In this document: in pieces, positions 10,779 to 24,200 of the stretch
How positions within the stretch are numbered: position 1 is the first letter of the stretch
Layout of the letters: each line of letters opens with the position of its first letter
Assembly (NCBI RefSeq): GCF_026571515.1
Contig: NW_026865328.1
Coordinates: forward strand, 1 to 64,000
Length of the DNA stretch: 64,000 nt
DNA from: Ruditapes philippinarum
Lineage: Eukaryota
Direction: 5' to 3'
Notes under the pieces: model-generated
Databases searched by the model: none
Told to the model about the DNA's origin: nothing
Seen by the model: only the letters and a program-made list of their open reading frames with translations
Position numbers and translations under genes: made by a program

Positions 10779-12480
10779 TTTTTTCTAAAAATAAAAAATC
10801 ATTCGTTTTACAATTATTCTGTTTTACTATTCAGTATAATACTAGTTGACTAAATGGGGTAGTAATGGCTAATGGTGTATCTAAAAATCCCAACAAGAAA
10901 AACGTTATATCGGAAAGCTACATCATTCCCAATCAATCAATTCGTTATATGCCTTTAAAATATTATACTGTATATGAAAAATATCTATATGCCAAACATT
11001 TTAATAGTCATATTGTTTGCGCAACCAACTACGAGTAATGTATTACCGTTAATTACACATCCGTATTTCTCAGAGATATGCTTAATGAACATGTTGCATT
11101 ATTTTAAAATTTTACACGGTTATTCCCAAAGCCGACTTTAATATATTTGGTTATAAGTTGTCTGACTTTGATATAAACGTAGGCATGTTCATGAGCCTTA
11201 AACGAGTAAATGTCTTATAAGTACTGTAAACTCTAAATGTGTTGCACGATAAACGTTTGATTCCGTTTGTATTATTTAGACGCGTTCGTCTAGATTGTAA
11301 ATACTGAAATCGAATGACATAGTGGTAAAGATGAATAATTTCAAATATGACGATTACGACAATTAACAACAAACCCGTTGTATCCGATTAGTACATATTT
11401 TTATATTTTTGAAGATAATAGTTAAAAGAGAAAACACGTGTTTCATTTGTACTGACGCAACGTGGAAAAGGGTACAGCCTATATAATATATTTGCGTGTG
11501 AAATATTTTTTTCTTCAAAATAGCGTGGCCTACGAACGGCACATGGAACGGTATATAATTTGTATTCTATATTATAATTATTGTTTTAAATTTGAGCATG
11601 TTTTTGTTTTGCTCAATTCAAATCCTGATGATCATTGCGAATTGTGTACTCTACATTTAACATTCTTCACATTTTCAAGTCTAACAGAACTTTTTGTTGA
11701 CAATTTCATTTCAGAAAGTAATGTTCATTTCATTAGTATCTTTTATTGTATTTTTGTATATAAAATACATATGTAAAAGGCATGGTCTATTTAAATTTGA
11801 TATTCATATATATTAAGTAAAAACAAGTGTTAGTTTTGTTTTATATAAAATACATAACCGAATGATGTTTTAAATAAGATTCTATTCACTGTAATCAGGT
11901 ATTTATTTCAATCAAGATTAACAACTTAACGACAAACGATGGGCACGCTGACATTAAAGAACTCACCTAAGCTCAGGTTAGCTACAGATAATATTCCTAA
12001 ATTTTCTAAAACTCCTGAATTAGTTTGACCAACCACAAAAACTTGTCGCTAAACAAATGAGAGGTTTTTATATCAAAGATTTATGTAACATATTAGGCTC
12101 CGTATTTATAACATGAAGACAAATTGGAAGAATATAATATCAAGCCCCAAAAACATGACATGATTGTTATTTTGTTATGAAATAGAAGGGTACAAAAATT
12201 ATATAAACAATAATGGAATAGGGTCAGTTTAGCACTACTGTTCCCTTTCCAATGTTGAAAAAAAGCATTGAACAAGAACAAAAATATTGTCACGGAGAAT
12301 CTAAAAGCTAAATTAACCTCTGTTTGCAGTTCAGTGGTCTGACGGATGGCTTACGTAATGCCAGTGAACAACAGAGGACAATAATAATAGTATACAGTTG
12401 AAATTAAGTTGTTGTACCAAATATGTATCTGATTCAATGTTTGTGCAAAGATTGCGCTGATTGATTAGCAAACTGGCATT

Positions 12481-13051
12481 CATCAAAAATGTCATTCTTT
12501 ATGGGGTAAACATAATATGAACCAATTGCCTCTTCCCAAATGTCATTCTTTATGGGGTAAACATAATATGAACCAACTGCCTCATCCCAAATGTCATTCT
12601 TTATGGGGTAAACATAATATGAATCAATTGCTTCATCAAAAATGTCATTCTTTATGGGGTAAACATAATATGAACCAATTGCTTCATCAAAAATGTCATT
12701 CTTTATGGGGTAAACATAATATGAACCAATTGCCTCATCAAAAATGTCATTCTTTATGGGGTAAACATAATATGAACCAATTGCTTCATCAAAACTGTCA
12801 TTCTTTATGGGGTAAACATAATATGAACCAATTGCCTCATCAAAAATGTCATTCTTTATGGGGTAAACATAACATGAACCAATTGCCTCATCAAAAATGT
12901 CATTCTTTATGGGGTAAACATAATATGAATCAATTGCCTCATCCCAAATGTCATTCTTTATGGGGTAAACATAATATGAACCAATTGCCTCATCCCAAAT
13001 GTCATTCTTTATGGGGTAAACATATTATGAACCAATTGCTTCATCCCAAAT
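12481..13051. repeat. 51-bp minisatellite, ~11 copies
   Basis: Unit AAATGTCATTCTTTATGGGGTAAACATAATATGAACCAATTGCCTCATCAA. It accounts for the 17-aa periodic ORF at 12517-13053. Confidence 0.95.
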
Positions 13052-15121
13052 GAGGTATTGTATTTGATTTAATTAACCATTTTTTTTAAAAAATTGATCG
13101 ACGTCAGCTTGTAAAATGCTTGGACAATCAAAATAAACTAATGTGTATTGATTGTTGTAACCTTTAATTTTGACAAGGACCTGTTTTTTATTCATTACGG
13201 CCAAGTAAGTTAAGGACAATTGTTCCAAAACATTTCAGGTTTGTTACATTATTTTATGTTTCTTTTCAATAAATCCGACAACTTTCTTTTGCATTCCTTT
13301 GTATGCTTATTTGTCGACAAATATATGAGATAGTCTTTAGGGGAAATATATGAGACGAAGGATACCATGGACAGATAACATCCAAAGAACGCATCCCCTA
13401 ACATAACACTTATTAACTCAATGCACTTGTCGTTCGTTTGTGTGAGGCAAACGTTTTGAATTAAAAACATGACTTTCTTGTAACAGTGTTGTATTTTCTC
13501 TAGACTTAATCCAAAAATTGGTAAATATTGAAAAAACAAATTAAAAGAAATAAATCATTATATATGTATTGTAACACAGCTTCCCCGACTGATCAGTACA
13601 CCATGCTAATGGGTAATCTTGATCGTTAATGGTTATACTTGTAAACTTTGTCAAAAACTTTGTCTGTGTTCAAAATATTGTTTTGCCGAGAAATTGGTGT
13701 GTCCTAGATATAAAGGTATGTGCCATTTATTGTTAGTTCTAAGAAAACTAAGACCACTGCCTGTCTAGCTGACAGAACTGTTTATGCCTGTTTGGCAGTT
13801 ATTTAGGGAAATGCTTCTATTGTTAGAATGCAATATTCTGGAAAGTAGAGACCTCCCTATAAACGTTCAGGTAGGCAAGTAACATAGACCGCCTGACATG
13901 TTTCTAATCAAAATATAAGTCAGAATATTGGAGTAAAAGAAAACGTGTTTTAGCTTTCTTTTTGGCAAGATTTTCCGTAAACATGAATTGTAGTCAATTT
14001 CGTGAAAGAACAACTGTACTAGTTAAATATATCCTATTTATCCCTTTTTGTAAGTCAAAAAAATATCATTATAAAGCCTAGGGTTGCAAAAGTGCCGAGC
14101 CTTCAAGGACGGGCGTCCTCCAAAAGCTTAGCCTGCTTAAAAGTCCGGATCGCATCGTTTTTCTCCGTAGAATGTGAAAGGGCATCATTCAATAGTGCTG
14201 CAAACCAGTTAAGATACCCAAACGTGATATTTATTACTCAGATATTAAACCACGGTTCTTTTAGCAATTCTGTTCATTTTCAAAGGTCACCTGTCATCTT
14301 AACTTTAGTGTTTCTGCCTACAAAAAGTGTCTAAATTAAAACAGTCTTCTGGGATAAATTAAACTCTAATATATTGGAATTACAAGAAGGTATTTTTTTC
14401 TGTTTTCCTGTACTGAGCTAGCAATCTTTAACTTTGCGTTCTTAGACAACACATCCGTATTCATTGATATCAATAAGCATAAACTTGGACAAGAGACCGT
14501 TCCGCAATATTATATCACTTATGCTCATTTGAAATAAAAATGTGAAAACTCCATTACACCCTGCGTTGTAATGAATGGGTAGAATGCTTTTCAATGCCAC
14601 CAGATAGATATAGTGCATTCTCTTGCATTGGCTACTGTCATTAAAGTCGGTCGATATTTACATTATACACCACGTTTAACATATCTTAACATTTACATTA
14701 CGGACAGAAATTGTATTTTATATCAGTTTAATTAGTGGGGCGGGAAATTGAGAAAATAGTGCAAATTGTGATACAAGCATGAAACTTTCAGGAAATCATC
14801 TTTAGACCATGTAGATTTCAAAAGTGAAGTGGGCCCAAAAATATCTCTGCTCATTCAAGATGGCCGCCATTTTCAAAATGGCCGCCATATAAATTTGAGT
14901 ACATTCTAGCTCATTCATTCCAATCTTTTGTACAGACCTTTAACTCACACCAAAAGCATGCATATAATTTCTCCTTTTCAAAAATTTAAATCTCACAAAA
15001 TTTCTCTTTCATACTTCTTCCAAATCCAAGATGGCGTCCAAAATGGCCGTCGATTTTGTGCAAAACTGTTATATCATTTTTATAGTATAATTTGTTGCAC
15101 AAATTATGTTTATTATGATAA

Positions 15122-16252
15122 AACAAGCAATTATCATAGTATTGCAAGCAATCCATAAGTCCCCTACCGGTTAGAACCCCATCAACATTCTGAAGAGCCA
15201 TTGGCCATTCCCTTGTGTTTCAATTTTTCTCTATTTTAGGTAAATTTGTTGGAAAATTTCTTTAAAAGTGATCAGAGGAAACAGTTTTTATGAACAGACA
15301 GACAGAAGGACTGAAGGACTATCTAAAGTTAATATTTGAAACATCCCTGTTACCAAAATATAACATTTTAAAAGCAAAATTCTTAAAGAGGAGATAACTC
15401 TTGAATTAAAGATGCAATTTCATAAAAATTTTCAGCTCTTTTTGAATTATCACAAATATTGTTATGTTTGCCATGTTTTAAGCCTATTTATTGCCAAGGC
15501 AACTAATATTTTTCCAAAATAGGAAGAACAGATAAGACATGCATAATCTCAAGACTGCTATCTACGCATATGTCAAGTTTCATAAAAATATTTCCAGTAC
15601 TTTTTGAGTTTTCACTGGATTCAGTTTATGTGTAAAATTTGCCATATTTTCAGTCTATGTGTTGCCATAGCAACCAGAATTTTCAACATAGGAAGAAAAG
15701 AAAAAGACGTGCATAATCTCAAGACTGCCATCTACCCAAATGTCAAGTTTCATAAAAATATTTCCAGTTCTTTTTGCGTTATCACTGGATCCAGTTTATG
15801 TGTAAAATTTGCCATATTTTCAGCATATGTGTTGCCATAGCAACCAGAATTTTCATCATAGGAAGAAAAGAAAAAGACGTGCATAATCTCAAGACTGCCA
15901 TCTACTCATATGTCAAGTTTCATAAAAATATTTCCAGTACTTTTTGCGTTATCGCGGGATCCAGTTTATGTGTAAAATTTGCCATATTTTCAGCCTATTT
16001 GTTGCCATAGCAACCAGAATTTTCAACATAGGAAGTAAAGAAAAAGACGTGCATAATCTCCATACTGCCATCTATCCATATACCAAGTTTCATAAAAATA
16101 TTTTCAGTACTTTTCAAGTTATCGCGGGATCCAGTTTTGTGGACGGACGGACTGACGGACTGACAGACAGACAGACAGACGGACGGACAGACGGACAGAC
16201 GGACGGAGGGTAACCCTAAGGTCCCCTCCGGTAAACCGGTAGGGGACTAAAA
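15122..16252 (+). mobile_element. HINE nested in the Academ-type element, 170-bp internal array
   Basis: Starts AACAAG. Subterminal IR AGTCCCCTACCGG matches the terminal hairpin GTCCCCTCCGGT-AA-ACCGGTAGGGGAC plus A-run. Monomers at ~15541, 15711, 15881 and 16051. (GGAC/GACA)n tract at 16141-16207. Confidence 0.88.
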
Positions 16253-17104
16253 AGTGTTTAAACATATCAGAGATAATCAAATTATATGTAAATCTCAATA
16301 AAAGTAAACATTTAAAAAGTTTTTGTCTAAAAATATCTTTAAAAAAGATCAAGAAAAAATTCAATTTTTTTCATATTTTTCAAATTTGAATTTCTAAAGT
16401 AATGTACAAAGTTAAAAAAGTTACTGTATATCTTAAACTGTAATTGGCATTCCATTAATATCATGTGTTTATTGTAAAGAATGTAAGAAAAGCATTAAAT
16501 CTGTAGGTTTTATATTTTGTGAAAGTGGGTGGGGTAATTTTATATGATAATTGTGAAAGAAAAAACAACAGAAAATTTACATAGCTAAGTTCATTCTATT
16601 TCTTTGCTTTTTTACTTTTCTATGAATTCTTATGCAAATGTTCAAACGTAAGAAGTACATTTTATTGGATGAAAGTAGTTTTGTCTTCCTTCGGGCAATT
16701 TGGTGGGTGAGCAAGAAATGCACATACAAACATGTGTATACATTCAGTTATTAAATTTGGTTGCATGATAATTCTTGTTTCAATATATTTGATATCATAT
16801 ATTAATTGTTAATCGTAAAGACATATAAGAAGACAATAAATCAACTAAACGTGCTTAAAATAGCAAACATGTACTTGAATGTAAGGTATAAAGGTAGTCT
16901 ATAAACGCATATTATATTTTTGACTCCTCCACAATTTTATATTTATAATATAAACATGGCTTAAAAGCCAACAAAATGTATGTGATGTGAAACATATATA
17001 TCAATGATATGGCCTGGCCTGCATACAACTTTTTAAAAAATGTTAAGATACAAACTAAGTGTACTAGTATTTCCTAAAGTAATCATATCTTATTTTTTTC
17101 TTTC

Positions 17105-18290
17105 AATAAGAGGGTAATGATGACCCTGGATCACTCACCTAAGATCATTGTTGGAAAAAAGATCATTTTGTGAGTGTCAATTATGTCATAACACACATGA
17201 TTTGTGTCATAATTGAATCCGGTTGCTTTTAAAGAAACATGCTCAATATCTGCTTTCAATTTTTTATTTCACACGAGAGAACTTTAATAACCATATCTAT
17301 ATACGAGTCCATATAAACTTAGTGACCTTTTGTGTTTGGTAAATTTGGACCATGTTGTCCATGATATATCATCATAATTATGATGATACAGTTTAATGTA
17401 TATGCGTCGGATAGTGTAGATTAAGAGAAAACAGATTTATTACAGTAGTCTTTGTAAATTAAGTGATACCATTGCAAAACCATTTTAGACTGCAGTAGCA
17501 TCATACAAATTTATGCATGTTATATCAGTCTACATCCCAAATATCTTATTTCAAGTCAATTAAGTTTAACACTAGATGTTTTTAATGTGTTTTCCTATAC
17601 AAGTCTGTGAACCCAGGTGGCTCTATGAGCATGATTCATTAAATGTGTTAATAAAGACCCAAGGTGGCGCTACATGCCAGCTTAGAACCAGGCCCCGTGT
17701 TCACTAAGAAAATATCAGGATCAGGATCAAGTGATCCTGATTTTATTTTCATTGTTTAATGTTACTAAAATTATTTGTGTATTGTTGAATAAAAATTGTA
17801 AATATTCAAAATGTAAAAATATGCTGATTTGCAAAGAAAACAAACTATTTTGGGATAAAATCAAGAAATAACAAAACAAATACAAAAATATTTGGATCAA
17901 AATAAGGATCAATTTTAGGATCAGGATCAATATTTGGATCAACTGTAAAATGCCCAATATCTTGCAAAATTAACAATTAATTTATTCTAAAATTTCATAT
18001 ACTTGCTATTTCAAGTCCAGTTTTATCAAATTTATAATCAAATATTTATCTATGAGGATAAACAATGAAGAATATCAGGGTTTTTAAATTTGATCCTAAT
18101 CTTGATCCTGATCCTTAAATCTTTGTGAACACGGGGCCAGTGCTCTATGCATTTTGATTTTTGAGAAAAAAAAATTTATTGCATGTACACTAAATGATAC
18201 AAAAGTGTTTTATATAACTTTTAAAGAGGTCTTCTTTACTTGGCAAGGTTATATTTTGACTATCTAAGCTCTAGGCATTACAGTTTGTTT
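17105..18290 (+). mobile_element. Old degraded HINE-like remnant (boundaries approximate)
   Basis: HINE-type start AATAAGAGGGTAATGATGACCCTGGATCACTCACCTAAG and decayed monomer-like motifs. No clear terminal hairpin. Confidence 0.4.
17692..18137. mobile_element. MITE, PIF/Harbinger-like (3-bp CAG TSD)
   Basis: TIRs GCCCCGTGTTCAC and GTGAACACGGGGC, with CAG at 17689-91 and 18138-40. Subterminal GGATCA repeats in inverted orientation. Confidence 0.8.
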
Positions 18291-21200
18291 GTTTGTTGAT
18301 TTTTTTTAATAACATCAACAACAAAACAACTTCAATGCGATTCCCTACACAAGTCTTTAAAAACTGTGTTCCTGAGGGCCTTTAAATCATGTTCCTGCAG
18401 TCCAAAATGGCTTTCCCTGTCACTTAGTTTACATTGACGTATATAATAAAAATCTTCTCCAAAACTACAGTGCACAGAGAAGAGAAAATATCGTATATCA
18501 TAACATTGTGATGCTATATAATAAAGATTATGAACTATTGGCATAGGGTCAAAATCACTTAGTTTACATGGACTCTTATTGGAATATAGTTATATGAGTC
18601 TTCTTGTAGTTCTGAGAGCCTAGTTATTGGACATGATTCTTTTCAAATAGTTTATAAATCATGACTGGTGAAAAAAGATACTCCTTATATGATTTTAGCA
18701 TTCTTCAGTATAAAAGAATTATAGACCTTTTCCAGCAGTGGGCCTTAGGCGCGTGATCTAGGGTCAACAATGCTTTTTTGTTTTATGGGAAAAATAAAGT
18801 AGGAACACATTTAGTTTATATTCCAAAGTATAAGCTATGTTTGTTATGTGGGTCAAGCGGTTTTATTGATACCTATTTTAGCACACCTAGTCATTAGATA
18901 ATATGATGTATCAGTCGCCTAAATTTTTGTTTCTTTTGAAAATATCATGTCTACGTAAGTTATTAGAAATGGATGGTACTTATTCAATTATACCTGGTTA
19001 CAATGATGTGCAAGTAAATATAACTTTGAATCATTCTGTTACAAGCTTTTAGCAAGACTAAATTGTGCAGGAAATAATTGTATTCATAAATAGACAACAT
19101 TTCACTAAGGTCCAGGCATGATTTTATCTAACATATGGTTCGTTGATGAATATTCAGTCTTCTTTCTGTACAATTATCAAATTATATTACGACTATTGAA
19201 ACAACTTATATCATGCAAACATTTAATAACTGAATGTATACATATGATTGTATCTGCATTTATTGATATTATAGTACACCCTCTAGACCTGAGGGAAAAC
19301 AAAAATACCTTAATACAATAAAATACCTTTACAGTGAATATTTGCATAAGAATTCTTAAAAAACGTTATTTTATACTACAATTGTCTGATAAATTTACCC
19401 CACCCACTTTTAATAAGTATAAAACCTTCACATTTTTGTTTGTTTTTGTTACAATTATACAATACAACATAGTGTTGATTGAATATCAAATACACTTTAA
19501 GAAACTATGTAACTTTTGGAATTTTGTACATAGACCTAGAAAACCATGTTAGAGAAAAATGAAAAAAATGGCACCTTTTCTTTGATTTTTTTAAGGATTT
19601 TTGTACAAAAAACTAAAAACATGACTAACAATGTGGTTAACCTAAAATTTGATTTTTTTTCTAATATATTTCACAATTTTATATGGAAATACGCATACCG
19701 TGTGCAAAAAATTATACTACAAAAGAGATATATCAGTTTTCATTAAAATTGGCAGCCATATTGGACGCCATCTTGGATTCTGAAGAAATATGCAAGAGAA
19801 ATTGCTTAAAGATTTAAATTTTTGAAAAGGGGAAACTATATGCATGCTTTGGTGTAAGTTTCAGGTCTGTACAAAAAATTGGAATGAATGATCTATTATG
19901 TACATCAAATTTACATGGCGGCCATCTTGAAAATGGAGGCCATCTTGAATGAGCAGAGATATTTTTGGGCCCACTTCACTTTTGAAATTTACATGGTCTA
20001 AAGATAATTTCATGAAAGTTTCATGCTTGTATCACAATTTGCACTATTTTGACAGCAAAGACCTTATTTCCCGCCCCACTAAATGTTTTTATTTCAAATT
20101 GATTTAAAAAAGAAAACCATTAAGACCCGTCTCCGCGCCCTCGGATATGGTTAATTGCATTTACTTCTTCTGTTTTCTGTACGATTCCCACTGTTGTAGG
20201 AGTTGTTGTACTATACACAATTAAAACCCAAACATGTCACGACTTATCTTTTTATAGATAAATATAAAAGCGAAAGCAGATATCGTATTTCAATTTTGCT
20301 GAAGTACAGAAAGTACTTAAGTAAATGATATGCTTTTAAGGTCAGTCATTAAACTTGAATAAATAAAACAATGCAATCATTACAATATTACTCAATGGAT
20401 GTCCTTTATCATTCAATTTAATCAATTCACTTTTTAACTTTCCTGTTCAATATTTGTTACAAATCAATGTCTTACATATCGTTTCACCATTCTAGCAGTC
20501 GATTTACTGTAAGCTAATAAAACATTCATTCTTTTTTTATAGATACATGTAAAAAAAAAGACTTAATACGTCAATGCAGATATCATATTTCTGTTTCGCT
20601 CCGCTACAATAGAACTTTTTAATTATGTTTTTAAAAGTCGGTCATTCAATTTGTGTGAATAATTAGCTTAACGTTCAAAAAATCACGGTATAATTTGAAA
20701 CAGATATCTGTAATCGCGAGATTTACAGCGTTAACAACAATAAAAAAAAACTTATATTATGTAACAAGTTGTAAAATAAAGGGTAGCATCCCCCCGAAAA
20801 TGAAACTAACAAAAAAAAAAACAGCAACTGTGACCACCGACAAGGAGCCCAACAGGTTTATTGAACTCGTTCTGTTTGCTTTTTTGTTGTAGTTCTTTTG
20901 ATGATCTTGTTTTTTGGGGTTTTTTGTTTTTGTTTTTTTTGCACCAACACGGAACATGCAGAATTTGTCATATAGCTTTAATGGTTGAGGAAGGTACAAA
21001 CAAACACTGACGTTCCGTAGACTAGCTTAATTGTAAAAAAAAAACATATTCTTACGTACATATATCAGTTATACAGAAACTGTAATACACAATGTTAACA
21101 TCAGATTTTCAATAGTTTCCTACTTTAAATACGTGATAATATTGAGCGCACATTGCATTTTAAATGTTCGTGATAGTACAAATGTACTTTCATCATGTAC

Positions 21201-24200
21201 ACTTCTCATGTTTTAGTCATTAATATGACAAAAAACCATAAATTCTGTCTAAACATACAATATATTTGTTTCTTGAGACAGATATATTCATTAACTGAAT
21301 GATACTAAATCCTTGAAAAATGTTCTGTTTGGTGTAATTTATTGAAACAAATACATTTGCAAACCGACCAAAACAAACAATAAAATTTTTACTTTGATTA
21401 AAATAAGGTGAATAACTTCAGATACATCAGTCAGCTATCTTTAAATTTGTGAAGATCACCCTATGCGTACATTCACTAACATTAATAGTTTGGATTTATC
21501 TCAACCCCGAATTTAGAAAGGAATATAATTCAAGTTTTTTTTTTCTTTTCTTTCCAAATAGTCAGTTTTGATAAATGGATCTCTTCGGTGCCATATTACT
21601 ATAATGTAATTGTATTTTAGTATACCCATCTTTAAAATATTACAGTTGATTTCATTGAAAATAGTAACGCCTGAAGCAGAGTGTATTTAAGGCCATCATT
21701 TTGGAATCATACATCAAAGAATGATAATATTGGTTTGTGTTGTCCTTTTTTGACTGACTTCCATGCTGCTTATTAATCGTGGATTGTAGTATTTTAGCAT
21801 TTTACTCATTTAAAACTGTATGTGATTGGCTTAGCTGGGCAATTCGGAATTGTTATTGTTCTTTGGAGAATATTTAATTTTACATGGTTATGCTACAATA
21901 ACTACAATATATTTGGTTTTAAGTTGACTGGCTATAATATAAACGTAGGCATGTTGCAAGAGCCTTAAACGAGTAAGTGTCTTATAAGTACTGTATAAGT
22001 AATAGAAAGAGCACCGAAACATGAGGCTACGCCCCCTCGTACAAATCAGATTGCTGAGTGTTTTGGTGTTATTTCTCTTTTGTATCATAGTCAAACATAA
22101 AAGCACGGTCCTTGTTTCACAATATGAAACCCCAGGAAAAAAGTAACCAATGAACGCGCTTCTGAATATCATATTTCTGTCGCGTCTCGTTTCTCTGCCG
22201 TCACAATAAGTAATCCCCGGCAAGAATGAACCAATCAATGGGCGTGCACAGGAGTGCGGGTAACTAATACCTGCACTCCAGTTAACGCACTGTGCTTGTA
22301 TATGTATACGATTTAACTCTGACGCATTTTCAACAGAAATGTCCCCAAACTATTATACAATCTTATTGTGTTGCACGATAAACTGTTTGTATTATTCAGA
22401 CGCGCGTCTAGATGGCAAAGACTGAGATCGAATGATATAGTGGTAATGATAACTTAGCTCAAATATGACCTTTACGACAATTAACAACCAACCCGTTGCA
22501 CCCGATTAGTCCATATTTTTATATTTTTGAAGATAATAGTTAAAAAGAAAATATGTGTTTCAGTTGAACTGACGCAATGTGGGAAATTTTACAGTCTATC
22601 TAATATTTTGTGTCTGAATTATCTTTTAGAAAATAATGGGGCCTACGAACGGCAAATGACATGAATGTTTAAACAGGTATATAATTCCTAGTCTATATTG
22701 TATTGTTTTAAATTTGAGCATGTTTTTGTTTTGCTCAATTCAAATCCTGATGATCATTGCGAATTGTGTACATTTAACATTCTTCACATTTTCAAGTCTT
22801 ACAGATCTTTTTGTTAACAATTTCATATCAGAACATATCTTTTATTGTATTTTTGTATATAAAATACATATGTAAAAGGCATGGTCTATTTAAAGTTGAC
22901 ATTCATATATATTAAGTAAAAACAAGTGTTAGTTTTGTTTTACATAAAATACATAACCGAATGATGTTTTAAATAAGATTCTATTCACTGTAATCAGGTA
23001 TTTATTTCAATTAAGATTAACAACTTAACGACAAGCGACGGACACGCTGACATCAAAGAACTCACCTAAGCTCAGGTTAGCTACAGATAATATTCCTAAA
23101 TTTCCTAAAATTCCTGAATTAGTTTGGCCAACAACAAAAACTTGTCGCTTATCAAATGAGATGTTTTTTATATCAAAGATTTATGTACCTTATTAAGCTC
23201 CGTTTTGATGGCATGAAGACAAATTGGAAAAATATAATATAAAGCCCAAAAAACATGACATGATTGTTATTTTGTTATGAAATAGAAGGGTACAACAATT
23301 TTATAAACAATAATGGAATATGGTCAGTTTAGCACTACTGCATGGTCCCTTTCCAATGTTGAATAATTTAAACAAAAGCATTAAACAAGAACAAGAAATA
23401 TTGTCACGGAGAAAGCAAAAGCTAAATTAACATCTGTTTGCAGGTCAGTGGTCTGACTGATGGCTTACGCAATGCACGTGAACAACAAAAGACAATAGTA
23501 ACACTAATTAGTTGAATTTTAGTTGTTGGACCAAAGGTGTATCTGATTCAATGTTTGTTCAAACATTGCGCTTTTAAGCAAAATGGCATTTAGCAAAAAT
23601 GTCATTCTTTATGGGGTAACATAACAGAACTGTTTATGCCTGTTTGGCAGTTATTTAGTGAAATGCTTCTATAGTTAGAAATCAAGTAGAGACTTCCCTA
23701 AAAACGTTCAGGTAGGCAAGTGACATAGACCGCCTGACATGTTTCTAATTAAAACATTAGTCAGAATATTTGAGTAAAAAATTGTGTTTTAGCCTTCTTT
23801 TGGCAAGATTTTCTGTAAACAAGGATTGTAGTCAATTTCGTGAAAGACCAACTGTACTGGTTAGATATATCCTATGTATGACTATTGTAAGTCAAAACAA
23901 TATCATTATAAAGCCTAGGGTTGCAAAAGTGCCAGGCCTTCAAGGACGGGCGTCCTCCAAAAGCTTAGCCTGCTTTAAAGTCCGCATCGCATCGTTTTTT
24001 CTCTGTAGAATGTGAAGGGGCATCATTCAATAGTGTTGTAAACCAGTTTAGATACCCTTACGTGATATTAATTATGCAGATATTAAACCACGGTTCTTTT
24101 AGCAATTTTGTCCATTTTTCAAAGGTCACGTGCCATCTTAACTTTAGTGTTTCTGCCTACAAAAATTGTCTAAATTAAAACAGTCTTCTAGGATAAATTT

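Larger units (their letters stand above)
3705..11050. repeat. Tandem segmental duplication carrying the small gene family (3705-5632+6594-6690 vs 7015-8332+10283-11050)
   Basis: Collinear similarity by eye, each copy interrupted by a different transposon. An older ~1.57 kb duplication relates 3270-3890 to 4840-5460. Confidence 0.85.
14733..20081. mobile_element. Non-autonomous Academ-type DNA transposon (TAG...CTA termini, 3-bp TSD, long TIRs) with nested insertions
   Basis: Ends TAGTGGGGCGGGAAAT and ATTTCCCGCCCCACTA. TSD AAT (14730-32 and 20082-84). Inverted arms of ~330 bp (14733-15060 vs ~19745-20081). No transposase ORF recognised. Confidence 0.8.

Noticed and set aside
12517-13053. 178-aa His/Cys-containing repetitive ORF
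   Set aside because: It coincides exactly with a 51-bp minisatellite, has no splice or domain support, and is absent from the paralogous copy.
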